Source: an uncultured Patescibacteria group bacterium (GTDB taxonomy: Bacteria; Patescibacteriota; Microgenomatia; UBA10105; UBA927). From it: a stretch of 64,000 nt of DNA. Positions within the stretch are counted from its first letter, which is position 1; each line of letters opens with the position of its first letter. Made by a program: the position numbers and the translations under genes. This document shows positions 47,000 through 57,222 of this stretch, one piece after another. Where the stretch lies: assembly GCA_937921305.1 (NCBI GenBank), contig CAKZSU010000005.1, forward strand, positions 10,740 through 74,739, written 5' to 3'. The notes under the pieces are model-generated. The model did not search any database, was not told the origin of the DNA, and was given only the letters and a program-made list of their open reading frames with translations.

Positions 47000-48328
47000 A
47001 TGAACACAAACCAAATATTGCAAGATAAAACGATGGCGGCGCTTCTTGAACAAGAAGCTCGTCGACAACAAGAAGGATTGGAGCTTATTCCATCAGAAAA
47101 TTATGCATCTTCCGCTGTTCGATCTGTAATGAGTTCTGTATTGATGAATAAGTATTCAGAAGGATATCCAAAAAAACGATACTATGGAGGCAATGAAGTG
47201 GTCGATGAAGTTGAAAAATTAGCTCAAGATCGAGCGAAGGAGTTGTTTGGCGTTCCGCATGTTAATGTTCAGCCGTATTCTGGTTCGCCGGCAAATCTTG
47301 CGGTGTATCTTGCGTGTTGTCGTCCGGGCGATACGGTGATGGGGCTGGATTTGACGCATGGCGGTCATTTGACGCATGGATGGAAAGTGTCGGCAACAGG
47401 AATATTTTTCCATGCTATTTCGTATCATGTGAAATCGGATGGAAGGATTGACATGAATGAAGTTCGACGTCTCGCGGAAGCGTATAAGCCGAAGCTTATT
47501 TGGTGTGGCGCAACGGCATATCCGTTTCAAGTTGATTTTGAAGCGTTTGGAGAAATAGCCGATGCGGTCGGCGCGTATCTTGCTGCTGATATCGCGCACA
47601 TTGCTGGGCTTGTTGTTGGGGGCGTTCATCCTAGTCCTGTGCCGCATGTTCATATTGTGACGACAACAACCCATAAGACATTGCGAGGTCCTCGTGGTGG
47701 AATGATTCTGGTTACAGAAAAAGGAATAAATAAAGATCCTGAATTGCCAGAAAAGATCGATCGCGCAGTGTTTCCGGGACTGCAAGGTGGACCGCATGAT
47801 CATCAAACCGGAGCCATCGCGCTTGCCTTGTATGAAGCGTCTCTTCCGTCATTTCGGGACTACGCAAAACAAATTGTGAGGAATAGCAAGGTGTTGGCGG
47901 AAACCCTAATTCGTCGAGGATTTTCATTGGTTGGCAACGGATCAGAAAATCATCTCATGTTGGTTGACCTTACCCCTGTATTTGGTTCGGGAGGAGGAGT
48001 GTTTGCGCAGATGGTGCTTGACGCCGTGAATATCACAGTGAATAAAAATACGATTCCCGGCGAACCGATGAACGCGTTTTATCCGTCAGGAATTCGACTT
48101 GGAACGCCGGCGGCCACAACGAGAGGAATGAAAGAAGCTGATATGGAGCGAGTGGGACAATGGATCGCCGATGTCTTGGCAGAATTTCGATCGTTTCGTC
48201 TTCCCGAAGAAAAAGATAAGCGCAAATCGTATATAGAAGAAGCAAAAACAGTGATTGGGAGTCATCCAACAATAACGCGCGTTCGCGAAGATGTCAAAGC
48301 ATTCTGTCTGAAATTTCCTATTCCATAG
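47000..48328 (+). CDS. glyA: Serine hydroxymethyltransferase
   Basis: PLP-Lys block TTTTHKTLRGPRGGMIL. SD GGAGGA lies 8 nt upstream of the ATG. Confidence 0.95.
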   Translation: MNTNQILQDKTMAALLEQEARRQQEGLELIPSENYASSAVRSVMSSVLMNKYSEGYPKKRYYGGNEVVDEVEKLAQDRAKELFGVPHVNVQPYSGSPANLAVYLACCRPGDTVMGLDLTHGGHLTHGWKVSATGIFFHAISYHVKSDGRIDMNEVRRLAEAYKPKLIWCGATAYPFQVDFEAFGEIADAVGAYLAADIAHIAGLVVGGVHPSPVPHVHIVTTTTHKTLRGPRGGMILVTEKGINKDPELPEKIDRAVFPGLQGGPHDHQTGAIALALYEASLPSFRDYAKQIVRNSKVLAETLIRRGFSLVGNGSENHLMLVDLTPVFGSGGGVFAQMVLDAVNITVNKNTIPGEPMNAFYPSGIRLGTPAATTRGMKEADMERVGQWIADVLAEFRSFRLPEEKDKRKSYIEEAKTVIGSHPTITRVREDVKAFCLKFPIP

Positions 48329-48368
48329 TTGTTTTTTTGTTCAATCATGTGATATGATGTATGGCATT

Positions 48369-48665
48369 ATGCGACAGTACGAGTTGATGGTTGTTGCGAA
48401 AAACGATATACCGAGAGAGGACGAAAAACAACGAATAAAGATTGTTGAATCGTTGCTTTCCGGTCAAGACTACGAAGATTTGACGGTTCAAGATTTCGGA
48501 AAGAGGAATCTTGCATATCCAATAAAAAAGCAAACAGAGGCGTGTTATTTGTTGGCAAGATTTAAGGCAAAACGGATTGATATTGCGAAAATCGAACAAC
48601 GGGCGAAAATGTCTGATGTTGTACTGCGGTATTTGCTTGTTGTGGCGGAAGAGAAGAAAAAGTAG
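48369..48665 (+). CDS. rpsF: 30S ribosomal protein S6 (start taken at MRQYEL)
   Basis: MRQYELMVV N-terminus typical of S6; rpsF-ssb-rpsR synteny. Confidence 0.85.
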   Translation: MRQYELMVVAKNDIPREDEKQRIKIVESLLSGQDYEDLTVQDFGKRNLAYPIKKQTEACYLLARFKAKRIDIAKIEQRAKMSDVVLRYLLVVAEEKKK

Positions 48666-48696
48666 TATGGTATATTGAAGAAAGGAAGAGTAGAGT

Positions 48697-49200
48697 ATGT
48701 CATCAAGAAGTTTGAATAAAGTTTTGTTAATAGGAAATTTAACGCGAGATCCAGAGTTGCGATATACACCGACAGGCGCTGCGGTATGTACGCTTGGTTT
48801 AGCGACAAATCGATCATGGACAACGGAGGCTGGAGAAAAACGAGAAGAAGTAGAATATCATCGATTAGTTGCGTGGGGGAAGCTAGCAGAATTATGTAGT
48901 CAATTATTGACAAAAGGAAGAAAAATTTATGTCGAGGGGAGGATTCAAACAAGAAAATGGACAGGACAAGACGGACAAGAGCGATCGATGGTCGAAATTG
49001 TCATGGATGACATGATGATTCTTGATTCTCGAAAAACTATTGATGAAGGCAGAGATCAAAGTGGATCGTATGAATCGATACCATCTTCTTCTCAACAGCA
49101 AGGCATGTCTTCATCGCAACAATCACAACCCGACATGCCGTCAACTGGGCAATCATCTGGAATGAAGGAAGATGTGCCTGTTGATGATATACCATTTTAA
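48697..49200 (+). CDS. ssb: Single-stranded DNA-binding protein
   Basis: OB-fold [21 protein letters not shown], an acidic C-terminal tail ending DDIPF. Confidence 0.9.
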   Translation: MSSRSLNKVLLIGNLTRDPELRYTPTGAAVCTLGLATNRSWTTEAGEKREEVEYHRLVAWGKLAELCSQLLTKGRKIYVEGRIQTRKWTGQDGQERSMVEIVMDDMMILDSRKTIDEGRDQSGSYESIPSSSQQQGMSSSQQSQPDMPSTGQSSGMKEDVPVDDIPF

Positions 49201-49205
49201 GACAT

Positions 49206-49436
49206 ATGAAAAAGCATTCAGCAAAAAAAACAGTGATTTCTCGTTCAAGCAACGCGTCGATTGACGAGCAGCTTGATTACAAAAATGTAGAGTTTCTTTC
49301 ACAGTTTGTCTCAGAACGAGGGAAAATCCTTCCAAAAACAAAAACAGGGCTTTCAAGCAAGCAACAACGAAAACTTGCGATCGCGATTAAACGCGCGCGA
49401 TTCATTGGCCTTCTTCCATTTATCGTTCGCATATAA
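49206..49436 (+). CDS. rpsR: 30S ribosomal protein S18
   Basis: [41 protein letters not shown] is the S18 core. Confidence 0.9.
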   Translation: MKKHSAKKTVISRSSNASIDEQLDYKNVEFLSQFVSERGKILPKTKTGLSSKQQRKLAIAIKRARFIGLLPFIVRI

Positions 49437-49448
49437 TACACTAAAGGA

Positions 49449-50747
49449 ATGATGTCTTTCTTGTCTCGGATTCGATTTTTTATCATTATTGTTTCTATTG
49501 TCATTCTTTCTATTGGTATCGGCTATAGGTTGGGCGAGCGGAACGCTCTTCCGATATTTTCATCAAAACAGGGCACATCTTCTAAAAGCAATGCGGTTAT
49601 AAACATAACGACGCCAAGTTCTGTTGGTGTTGATTTCTCGTTGTTCTGGGATGTTTGGCAAAAAATGTTCCGCTATTTTATCGACGCGCAGAAATTGGAC
49701 ACACAACAGATGGTGTATGGAGCGATAAGCGGCATGGTGGCCTCTGCAGGAGATCCATACACGACATTTCTTCCGCCAAAAGAAAACAAAGATTTTAAGC
49801 AAGACATCGGCGGGCAATTTGAAGGCATTGGTGCGCAGCTTGACTTGAAAGATGGAAAGATTATTGTGACAGCGCCGCTCAAGGGGAGTCCGGCTGAGGC
49901 TGCCGGTATTAAGCCAAATGACTATATTATGAAAGTTGACGGCGCTGATACGACAGGATGGACCATTCAAGAAGCGGTGTCAAAAATTCGAGGACCAAAA
50001 GGAACGACAGTTGTCTTAACCATCTTGCATCAAGGTAGCGACAAGCCTGTCGAAATCCGCGTTGTTCGCGACACGATTTTAGTTCCATCTGTTGAGTATT
50101 GGGTAAAGAATATTTCAGAGATTGAAGCGATCAAAGAAGCTTCTCAAAGCGCCACCATTTCTTCATCGCAGAAACGAGTCGCGTACCTCAAATTGTCTCG
50201 TTTTGGCGATCATACCAATGATGATTGGAATAAAGCGGTTACCGCTATTCTAGCTGAACATAAGCGAGACCCGATTCTCGGCGTAATTCTTGATCTTCGG
50301 AATAATCCGGGAGGATATTTAGACGGGTCGGTGTATATCGCGAGCGAGTTTATTGAATCTGGAACCGTTGTGTCGCAAAAGAATAGCGACGGCACTGTAC
50401 AACATCTTCGCGTCAATAGGAAAGGGAATATGCTTGATTTGCCTCTTATGGTGATTATTAATAAGGGTAGCGCGTCCGCGTCGGAAATTCTCGCCGGCGC
50501 GTTGCGAGATTACAAACGCGCTATGATTGTTGGGGAAACATCGTTTGGTAAAGGATCGGTGCAGACGCCGTATGAATTGGAAGGCGGAGCGAGTGTTCAT
50601 ATCACAACGGGCAAGTGGTTGCTTCCCAAAGGAGACTCGATTAGCGAAAAAGGCATAACGCCGGATATTCAAGTTTCGTATGACTATAGCAATCCAAATG
50701 CTGACACACAGCTTGCAAAAGCGATTGAATTCCTTCTGAAGAAGTAG
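49449..50747 (+). CDS. Carboxy-terminal processing peptidase (S41, CtpA-like) with a PDZ domain
   Basis: PDZ (GSPAEAAGIKPNDYIMKVDG), catalytic Ser block INKGSASASEILAGAL, Lys block FGKGSVQT. Confidence 0.85.
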   Translation: MMSFLSRIRFFIIIVSIVILSIGIGYRLGERNALPIFSSKQGTSSKSNAVINITTPSSVGVDFSLFWDVWQKMFRYFIDAQKLDTQQMVYGAISGMVASAGDPYTTFLPPKENKDFKQDIGGQFEGIGAQLDLKDGKIIVTAPLKGSPAEAAGIKPNDYIMKVDGADTTGWTIQEAVSKIRGPKGTTVVLTILHQGSDKPVEIRVVRDTILVPSVEYWVKNISEIEAIKEASQSATISSSQKRVAYLKLSRFGDHTNDDWNKAVTAILAEHKRDPILGVILDLRNNPGGYLDGSVYIASEFIESGTVVSQKNSDGTVQHLRVNRKGNMLDLPLMVIINKGSASASEILAGALRDYKRAMIVGETSFGKGSVQTPYELEGGASVHITTGKWLLPKGDSISEKGITPDIQVSYDYSNPNADTQLAKAIEFLLKK

Positions 50748-50769
50748 TAGTATCAATATTGTCAACATA

Positions 50770-51978
50770 ATGCTTCTTATGAATAGCGGAAAAACAAAGA
50801 ACTCATTTCTTCTATGGACAGCGTTTTTTATCTTGTTTGTTGGCGCGGTGATTAGCTCAGGAATTACTGGCGTCACATGGAAGACGATTGAGCAACAGCT
50901 TGGAAATTTCCGGTTTCCTTTTTCTTCATCACCGTCAACACCACAAATCTTTAGATCAAATGAGAATGTTCGTGTTGTGCATGAAGAATCCGTTGTTATT
51001 GATGCGGTTGAGAAAGCGTCTCCTTCTGTGGTGACGATTGGGATAAAAAAGATTCGGCGAACCGGCGATATTTTTGAATTTAATCCATTTGATCCATTTG
51101 GAGGATTTCGACGACGACCAGGGAGAACGCAGGAAATGGAGCAAGATATTGGATCAGGATTTATTGTGTCTTCTGATGGATTTATTGTCACAAATAAACA
51201 CGTTGTGAGTAATGCAGACGCGCAATATAACGTAATTACAAAAGATGGCAAAACGTATCCAGCAAAAAAAATTTACCGAGATCCAACAAACGATCTTGCG
51301 ATTATCAAAATTGACGCTTCGGGACTGACGCCAGTTGAATTGGGTGATTCAGACAAAATCAAGGTTGGGCAACTTGCAATTGCTATCGGCACGGCATTGG
51401 GTGAATTTCGTCACACGGTCACGACGGGAGTCATTTCTGGTGTGGGAAGGGGTATTGTCGCGGGAAGTATCTTTGAGGGATATGTTGAGCGTCTAGATAA
51501 TGTTATACAAACGGACGCAGCGATTAATCCCGGAAATTCCGGCGGGCCGTTGTTGAATTCTGCGGGGCAAGTGATTGGCGTGAATACCGCGGTCTCCTCC
51601 GAAGGACAAAATATAGGGTTCGCGATACCGATCAATGTTATTAAAGAATCGTTGAAAAATTTTAATGAAACAGGTCAGTTTAATCGTCCATTTCTTGGCA
51701 TTCGATATCGAAGCATTTCTCGCGATGTCGCGTTGTTAAACGATGTTCCGGAGGGCGCGTATGTATTGGAGGTTGTGGCTGGAAGCGCCGCTGAGAAAGC
51801 TGGGATAAAAGAGGGAGACATTATCACTAGTATTGACGATGTGAAACTCAATCGAGACAACGGCGAGCTAGCGGTTATTTTGTCAAAAAAGCGGGTAGGG
51901 GATCAGGTGAAATTATCTATATGGAGAGATGGAAAAACATTGACACTCACAGCAACGCTTGGCAGTCAGGGAGAGTAA
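50770..51978 (+). CDS. HtrA/DegP-family trypsin-like serine protease with a C-terminal PDZ domain
   Basis: Catalytic triad blocks TNKHVV, DLAIIKI, GNSGGPLLN, and PDZ GSAAEKAGIKEGDIITSIDD. Confidence 0.85.
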   Translation: MLLMNSGKTKNSFLLWTAFFILFVGAVISSGITGVTWKTIEQQLGNFRFPFSSSPSTPQIFRSNENVRVVHEESVVIDAVEKASPSVVTIGIKKIRRTGDIFEFNPFDPFGGFRRRPGRTQEMEQDIGSGFIVSSDGFIVTNKHVVSNADAQYNVITKDGKTYPAKKIYRDPTNDLAIIKIDASGLTPVELGDSDKIKVGQLAIAIGTALGEFRHTVTTGVISGVGRGIVAGSIFEGYVERLDNVIQTDAAINPGNSGGPLLNSAGQVIGVNTAVSSEGQNIGFAIPINVIKESLKNFNETGQFNRPFLGIRYRSISRDVALLNDVPEGAYVLEVVAGSAAEKAGIKEGDIITSIDDVKLNRDNGELAVILSKKRVGDQVKLSIWRDGKTLTLTATLGSQGE

Positions 51979-51990
51979 AAGGAAAAATCA

Positions 51991-52689
51991 TTACGCATTT
52001 GACTTTAGAAGCGCTTCTGTTACTTTGTGAAGTTTTCCATCAACGATATCGTCAAGATTATGCCATGATGTATTGATTCTATGATCAGTCACGCGATTTT
52101 GCGGATAATTGTAGGTTCGAATTTTCTCCGCGCGCATACCTCGACCTATGACAGATCTTGCTTCGCTAAGGGTTCGCGCTTTTTTTAATTCTTCTTGTTC
52201 CCAAAGCCTTGCTCGAAGCATGGAAAGCGCAACTTGTCTATTTTGATATTGATCTCGTTCGTTGCTGCATGTCACGACAATTCCCGATGGTTTATGCGTC
52301 AGACGAACTGCAGAGTTTACTTTATTGACGTTTTGCCCTCCGTGTCCACTTGCGCGGTGAAAATCCCATTCAAGATCTTCTGGTTTTATATGGATTTCTG
52401 ATTCTTGAATATCTGGAAGCACTGCGACAGTTGCGGTTGATGTGTGAATTCGTCCTTGTCGTTCTGTCTCCGGAATTCGTTGGACGCGATGCGTTCCCGC
52501 TTCGTACTGAAGTTTCGTGAATGCTCCTTCTCCGCGAATTTTTATCGCCATATCGCTGATCTCCGAAACGTTCCACCCATTGAGATTAGCGTATCGGATG
52601 TACATCCGTTTCAGATCACTTACCCAGATTTTGGCTTCCTCTCCGCCTGGTCCGGGTCGAAATTCTAAAATTGCGATATTGGGGTTCAT
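51991..52689 (-). CDS. Peptide chain release factor 1-like protein lacking the N-terminal domain 1 (232 aa; domains 2-4 only), with a PET variant of the PxT anticodon motif
   Basis: RVQRIPETERQGRIHTSTATVAVLPD aligns with RF1 RVQRVPATESQGRIHTS. GGQ motif SGHGGQNVNK. The N-terminus aligns to E. coli RF1 residue ~110. Only 75 nt separate it from the rpmE stop, and the upstream frame has an in-frame TAA. Confidence 0.8.
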   Translation of the reverse strand: MNPNIAILEFRPGPGGEEAKIWVSDLKRMYIRYANLNGWNVSEISDMAIKIRGEGAFTKLQYEAGTHRVQRIPETERQGRIHTSTATVAVLPDIQESEIHIKPEDLEWDFHRASGHGGQNVNKVNSAVRLTHKPSGIVVTCSNERDQYQNRQVALSMLRARLWEQEELKKARTLSEARSVIGRGMRAEKIRTYNYPQNRVTDHRINTSWHNLDDIVDGKLHKVTEALLKSNA

Positions 52690-52764
52690 AAAAAAACGGT
52701 TATGTCGTATTTATCTTCTCTCGATGTGTCCTTCCATCGAATCAAGACAAATACGAAATAACCG

Positions 52765-53076
52765 CTACTTCATGGACAATAGCATTTCTCGCAAGGATTT
52801 TGGCGTGTTTGCTTGTCGTTGCTTTTCTTCTTCTTTTTTCTTTTTCTTTGCCAAGAGAGTTTCTTTGACTGCTTCTGCGGTTTTTTGTTTTAGTTGGAAT
52901 TTCTCCACGCGACCCATCGTGTCAACAAATTTCATTTCTCCGGTGAAGAATGGATGGCATTTTGAGCAAATATCAATACGGATGGTTTGTTTTGCCGCGC
53001 TAACAGTGAATGTATTGCCACACGCGCACATAACTGTTGCTTCTTCATACCATTGTGGGTGAATGCCTTGCTTCAT
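52765..53076 (-). CDS. rpmE: 50S ribosomal protein L31 with a ~35-aa K/E-rich C-terminal extension (start at MKQGIHP)
   Basis: [10 protein letters not shown]...CACGNTF...[10 protein letters not shown] is the L31 zinc-ribbon core; C-terminal [12 protein letters not shown] tail. Confidence 0.85.
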   Translation of the reverse strand: MKQGIHPQWYEEATVMCACGNTFTVSAAKQTIRIDICSKCHPFFTGEMKFVDTMGRVEKFQLKQKTAEAVKETLLAKKKKKEEEKQRQANTPKSLREMLLSMK

Positions 53077-53121
53077 AATCAATAATTGTAGCACACAATG
53101 CAACTGATAACAATCATTTTA

Positions 53122-54066
53122 TCATTTTCTATTTTTCTTTTTCTTTTTTCGCTCCTTATGTCGCTTCCATTCTGCGAGCGTTACACCGATAGCGATAATC
53201 ATCGAGCCGATAATAAATTGCGATGTGATTTTATCGCCAAGCCAAAAGACCGAGAGTGGTGCTCCCCAAATAATCGTAAGGTACGAAAATATACTCGCGT
53301 TTCCAATTTCAACCCGTTTGATGGCGTTTGCATAGAGCGTATATGCGACGGTGCCGGAAATAAACGCCATATAGAGGACGCCAAGATGCCCTTGAAGCGG
53401 AACTGAAACAATCGTATGTACCACAGGCAGTATTCCGCCAAATCTTCCGGCGGTGATTATAAAAAAGATGATAAAACCAATACAAAACGATAGATGAGAC
53501 AACGCGATTGGACGCATACCAGATTGAAGCGCGTGTTTTGCTGATACGCCGCCAAGCGCATCGGCAACGCGGGAGAGAATAATCAAGAGATTGCCGATCA
53601 TCGCAATTCCCAGAAGTCCTTCATGAGGGAAAGTATCTGAGGTGATCGCGGTTAGTATCGATCCAATAATCGCAAGAGATATGCCGATAATTTCTTGAGC
53701 GGTTACATGTTCTCGAAGAAGTATCGCGCCAAAAAGAGTGCTAAATACAGGTCCGGTGGAAGCAAGAAGAATGGCGGTGAGAGAATTTGTTAATTCAAAA
53801 CCAAGAAACAATAATCCAAGGCCTATAACAACCGTGAGTGCGCTATATTGCGCAACAGAAACGCGTTGCGGTCGTGTTTTCGGGAGAAAAGAAGGGAAGA
53901 TCGTAAAATAGCCTATGGCGAGTATCGCATTGAGAAAGAATCGATACGTAAGGAAAATATCGGGAGGAAAATATTGAAGGGTATATTTAATAATAGGACC
54001 AGCCAGTCCCCACAAGATGGAGACGATAAGAAGGAGAAGATATGGGGATACGTTAGGTCGTTTCAT
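53122..54066 (-). CDS. EamA/DMT-family transporter (10 TMs)
   Basis: Two tandem EamA-like five-TM repeats; lysine-rich C-terminus. Confidence 0.7.
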   Translation of the reverse strand: MKRPNVSPYLLLLIVSILWGLAGPIIKYTLQYFPPDIFLTYRFFLNAILAIGYFTIFPSFLPKTRPQRVSVAQYSALTVVIGLGLLFLGFELTNSLTAILLASTGPVFSTLFGAILLREHVTAQEIIGISLAIIGSILTAITSDTFPHEGLLGIAMIGNLLIILSRVADALGGVSAKHALQSGMRPIALSHLSFCIGFIIFFIITAGRFGGILPVVHTIVSVPLQGHLGVLYMAFISGTVAYTLYANAIKRVEIGNASIFSYLTIIWGAPLSVFWLGDKITSQFIIGSMIIAIGVTLAEWKRHKERKKKKKNRK

Positions 54067-55276
54067 GGGCAGAGATAATACGAATTGCGTCGTCTACTGT
54101 TCCGCGAAGTTGCTCTTTTGTCGTCATTCGTTTGATAATCATGATTCCGTCGCGTTTTTCTTCCGGTCCTTGAATGAGTGCGAACGGAATGCCTTTTTTA
54201 TCCGCATATTTTAGTTGTTTTTCAAGTTTTGCATTTGCGTCCAGATACAGTTCTGTTGGAATCGAATGACTTCGAAGCGTGTTCACGATGGCTACACTTT
54301 CAGCAATCATATCTTGAGAAAAGATGCAGACCAACGCGTGTGTTATTGATGACGCGCTTGGTGTCTTTTGAATTATTTGAAGGGCGTCAATGATTCGATC
54401 GAATCCAAAGGCGATTCCCACCGCGGGAATCGATTGTCCAAGAAAGATGCCAATGAGATTATCGTATCGTCCGCCTCCGGCAAGAGATCCTTGCGGATAC
54501 GAAGGATCTTTTAATTCAAAAATCGCGCTTGTGTAGTAGTCTAATCCGCGAGCTAAAAACGGATCGACGATAAAATCTTTGCCTTCCACATACCCCATGA
54601 GTTCAAGAAAGGAGCATATTTCGATGAGCCTCTTCGTTTTTTTTGATCGTTCGAGCGTTTCAAAACGTTCTTGTCCATTTATGCCAATGCCGTTCAGTTG
54701 ATCAATCACGGCGTCTTTTCCAATTTTGTCAAGTTTATCGAGAATAATAATCTCCTGTTTTGAGAGATGAAGCGTGTCAAACAAAGCTCGATCGTTGATA
54801 TGCATTTTCGGGGAAGGGAATCCAAGCGTTTTTGCTATTTCAAGCGCGCATGCGATAACTTCCGCGTCTGCGATTGGCGAGTTGGTTCCAACGATATCAA
54901 TATCGCACTGCAGGAATTCGCGAAATCGTCCTTTTTGTGTGTTTTCCGCGCGCCATACTGGCTGTATTTGATATCGCTTAAAGGGCATCGGAAGTTCATA
55001 GTGATGTTGCGCGATGATGCGAGCAAGTGGAATTGTTTGGTCGTATCGCATGCCCACATCTCTTCCTCCATGATCTTTGAAAAGATAGATCAGTTTGTCG
55101 GCTTCATCTCCATATTTTCCAAGAAGGACAGATGCGTATTCCAACGCCGGCGTTTCCAACGGATCAAATCCAAATCGTTCAAATATCATTTTCATCGATT
55201 GAATAATGTGTTGCCGTATTCTTGCATCTTTTGGAAGAATATCTCGAAATCCTTTCAACGTTTTCGGAGAATTCAT
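54053..55276 (-). CDS. hisS: Histidyl-tRNA synthetase
   Basis: Class II motifs; N-terminal LKGFRDILP, GGRYD motif 3 region, and a C-terminal anticodon-binding domain. Confidence 0.9.
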   Translation of the reverse strand: MNSPKTLKGFRDILPKDARIRQHIIQSMKMIFERFGFDPLETPALEYASVLLGKYGDEADKLIYLFKDHGGRDVGMRYDQTIPLARIIAQHHYELPMPFKRYQIQPVWRAENTQKGRFREFLQCDIDIVGTNSPIADAEVIACALEIAKTLGFPSPKMHINDRALFDTLHLSKQEIIILDKLDKIGKDAVIDQLNGIGINGQERFETLERSKKTKRLIEICSFLELMGYVEGKDFIVDPFLARGLDYYTSAIFELKDPSYPQGSLAGGGRYDNLIGIFLGQSIPAVGIAFGFDRIIDALQIIQKTPSASSITHALVCIFSQDMIAESVAIVNTLRSHSIPTELYLDANAKLEKQLKYADKKGIPFALIQGPEEKRDGIMIIKRMTTKEQLRGTVDDAIRIISAHETT

Positions 55277-55339
55277 AATGTTTTATTATCGCATGATTTG
55301 TTCGCTTTAGCCAGAGATCTTATTTGTATGTTGCGAACA

Positions 55340-56395
55340 TTATATGTGATTTACATAGGGAGATTGGGATAGTTTTTGAAGTCCTGATGATGTTTTGAGA
55401 TAGAGATCCTCTATTCTGATACCGAATTTATTTGGCAGATAAATTGCCGGTTCTATAGTAAATACCATGCCATCTTCGATGGTTTCATCTTTATACGATG
55501 ATAATTGTGGTCGTTCATGAATTTCTAATCCTACGCCGTGTCCGAGCGAATGGGGATAGGGTGGGTATCCGGCGTTTGATATAATCTCTTTTGCTTGTCT
55601 ATCCGCTTCAGATCCAGCATTGTTATGGGTCAAGCAGGTTTCCGCTTCGTCATGCGCGCGTTTGACGATGTCGTGGACGCGTGTCCATTCATTTTTTGAT
55701 GTTCCAAAAAATATAATTCGCGTCATATCCGCATGATAGCCATGAATCGCCGCGCCAAAATCTACAAGGATAAGGCTATTTTTACTAAGGTGAGTATTGT
55801 GTTGAGGTATATAATGGGGAAGAGCGCTATGTTCGTTAAACGCGACAATTGGCGAGAATGCAATATGTCCATCATGTTCTCGAATGTATCGTTCAATCAT
55901 CCACGCTATGTCTGTTTCGGACATGCCTTCACGAATATTCGTTTGAAGAAGCATGAAGCATTTGTCTGTTAGTCTTGCCGCTTCTTTGATCCATTGGATT
56001 TCTTCTTTCGTTTTTTTTGTTCGTTGTGTTTCAATCCATCCATTTGATGGAACAATCTTTACATTCGGGAGTGCCAATTGAATGTCTTGGTATTCTTTAT
56101 AAGTGAGCGATTGTGATTCCACTTCAAGCGATGAATATGATGTTTGATGCGAAGCAAGAATTTTTCCAAGAGGATTTTCGGGGGTGAGGAGGCAAACGCG
56201 TGTTTGAGGATGTGTTTGTTGTATTATATTCGCTTCATGTTCATAAAGTGGAGGAACGATAAGACGCCATGCGTCGTTGATGATCAAAAGATATGCGGAG
56301 CGTTCATGGGGCGTTGGCGTCATAAATCCTGTAAGGTATCGAATATTGAAAGGATTTGTTATAAGCGTCGCTTTACTAATGATTTCTTCATTCAT
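55340..56395 (-). CDS. Xaa-Pro aminopeptidase/M24-family metallopeptidase (start at the internal Met MNEEII)
   Basis: Pita-bread fold metal ligands (DFGAAIHGYHAD, HGVGLEIHE, EPAIY). The track ORF's extra 50 N-terminal codons overlap the adjacent gene. Confidence 0.8.
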   Translation of the reverse strand: MNEEIISKATLITNPFNIRYLTGFMTPTPHERSAYLLIINDAWRLIVPPLYEHEANIIQQTHPQTRVCLLTPENPLGKILASHQTSYSSLEVESQSLTYKEYQDIQLALPNVKIVPSNGWIETQRTKKTKEEIQWIKEAARLTDKCFMLLQTNIREGMSETDIAWMIERYIREHDGHIAFSPIVAFNEHSALPHYIPQHNTHLSKNSLILVDFGAAIHGYHADMTRIIFFGTSKNEWTRVHDIVKRAHDEAETCLTHNNAGSEADRQAKEIISNAGYPPYPHSLGHGVGLEIHERPQLSSYKDETIEDGMVFTIEPAIYLPNKFGIRIEDLYLKTSSGLQKLSQSPYVNHI

Positions 56396-57216
56396 GGAGC
56401 TGTGGGAGATGCTTTTGGTCTTGTTGGCGTCGGCGTGGGTGATCTTCGTGGTGTTGGTGATACGCGATTTGTCGGTGATGGCGTTATGGCTTGCGTCGGC
56501 GTGAGTTCTTGTTCTTGCGAAGAATTTCCAGTTTGTGATTTCCATGTCAAGATTCTTGCCGCGATATATCTATCTGGTTGGCGCTCTTGTTCTATTCCCA
56601 ATACTGTAACGAAGATATTTTGTTCAAGTTTTGAAAAACCGCTTTTTTGTATTTCTTTGCCTGGCAACCACGAATTGTTTTTTGTCGTTGTTTCAACATC
56701 AATGGTGTATATTGTTCCATCAATGCATTTCATTGTGAACGAGTTGTCTTTTTTATTAATCTCAGCGATCGTTCCATGAAGTCGCTTTGGCTGTTGTTTT
56801 GATTCGATCACAATATGTTTTGCTTGCAATATATCAAGCGTTTCGTCATATGTGCCGAAGATGGTAACCGCGTCGTCTTTTTTTAGTGTGTCAATTTTGC
56901 TTTTTGTTCGTTTTCCTTTGATTATTTGGGTTACCACAATATTGTCTGTAAGTTCAATTTTGTACGCTTTTTGTCCCGTGTCTATGGTTGCTGAAGACAG
57001 AGAAATATTTGTGATTGTTCCGTGGATTGCTTTAGGCGATGTTCGTCGTAATTCCTCGACTTTCGTGGCGAGTCGTTCTTTGAGATCGTCAATTTTTTCT
57101 TTTATTTCTTTGCTGATTGGAGTCGCCGATGGCGTTGCCGAAGATTTTGTCGCGGCATGCGTTGCGTTTGGAAAAAAGATGGTAAAAGCAATAACGATAA
57201 TAAGAAATGTTCTCAT
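56392..57216 (-). CDS. Secreted protein with a signal peptide, repeated beta-rich modules and a C-terminal Pro/Thr/Ser-rich tail
   Basis: Signal peptide MRTFLIIVIAFTIFFPNATHA. C-terminal TPSPTNRVSPTPRRSPTPTPTRP is encoded by a GC-richer repetitive stretch at 56400-56520. Confidence 0.55.
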   Translation of the reverse strand: MRTFLIIVIAFTIFFPNATHAATKSSATPSATPISKEIKEKIDDLKERLATKVEELRRTSPKAIHGTITNISLSSATIDTGQKAYKIELTDNIVVTQIIKGKRTKSKIDTLKKDDAVTIFGTYDETLDILQAKHIVIESKQQPKRLHGTIAEINKKDNSFTMKCIDGTIYTIDVETTTKNNSWLPGKEIQKSGFSKLEQNIFVTVLGIEQERQPDRYIAARILTWKSQTGNSSQEQELTPTQAITPSPTNRVSPTPRRSPTPTPTRPKASPTAP

Positions 57217-57222
57217 AGCGCC

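Noticed and set aside
56144-56779. 211-aa + strand ORF with GVGVGDLRGVGD repeats
   Set aside because: It is antisense to the M24 peptidase N-terminus and the PT-rich tail of the neighbouring gene; a mirror-image artefact.
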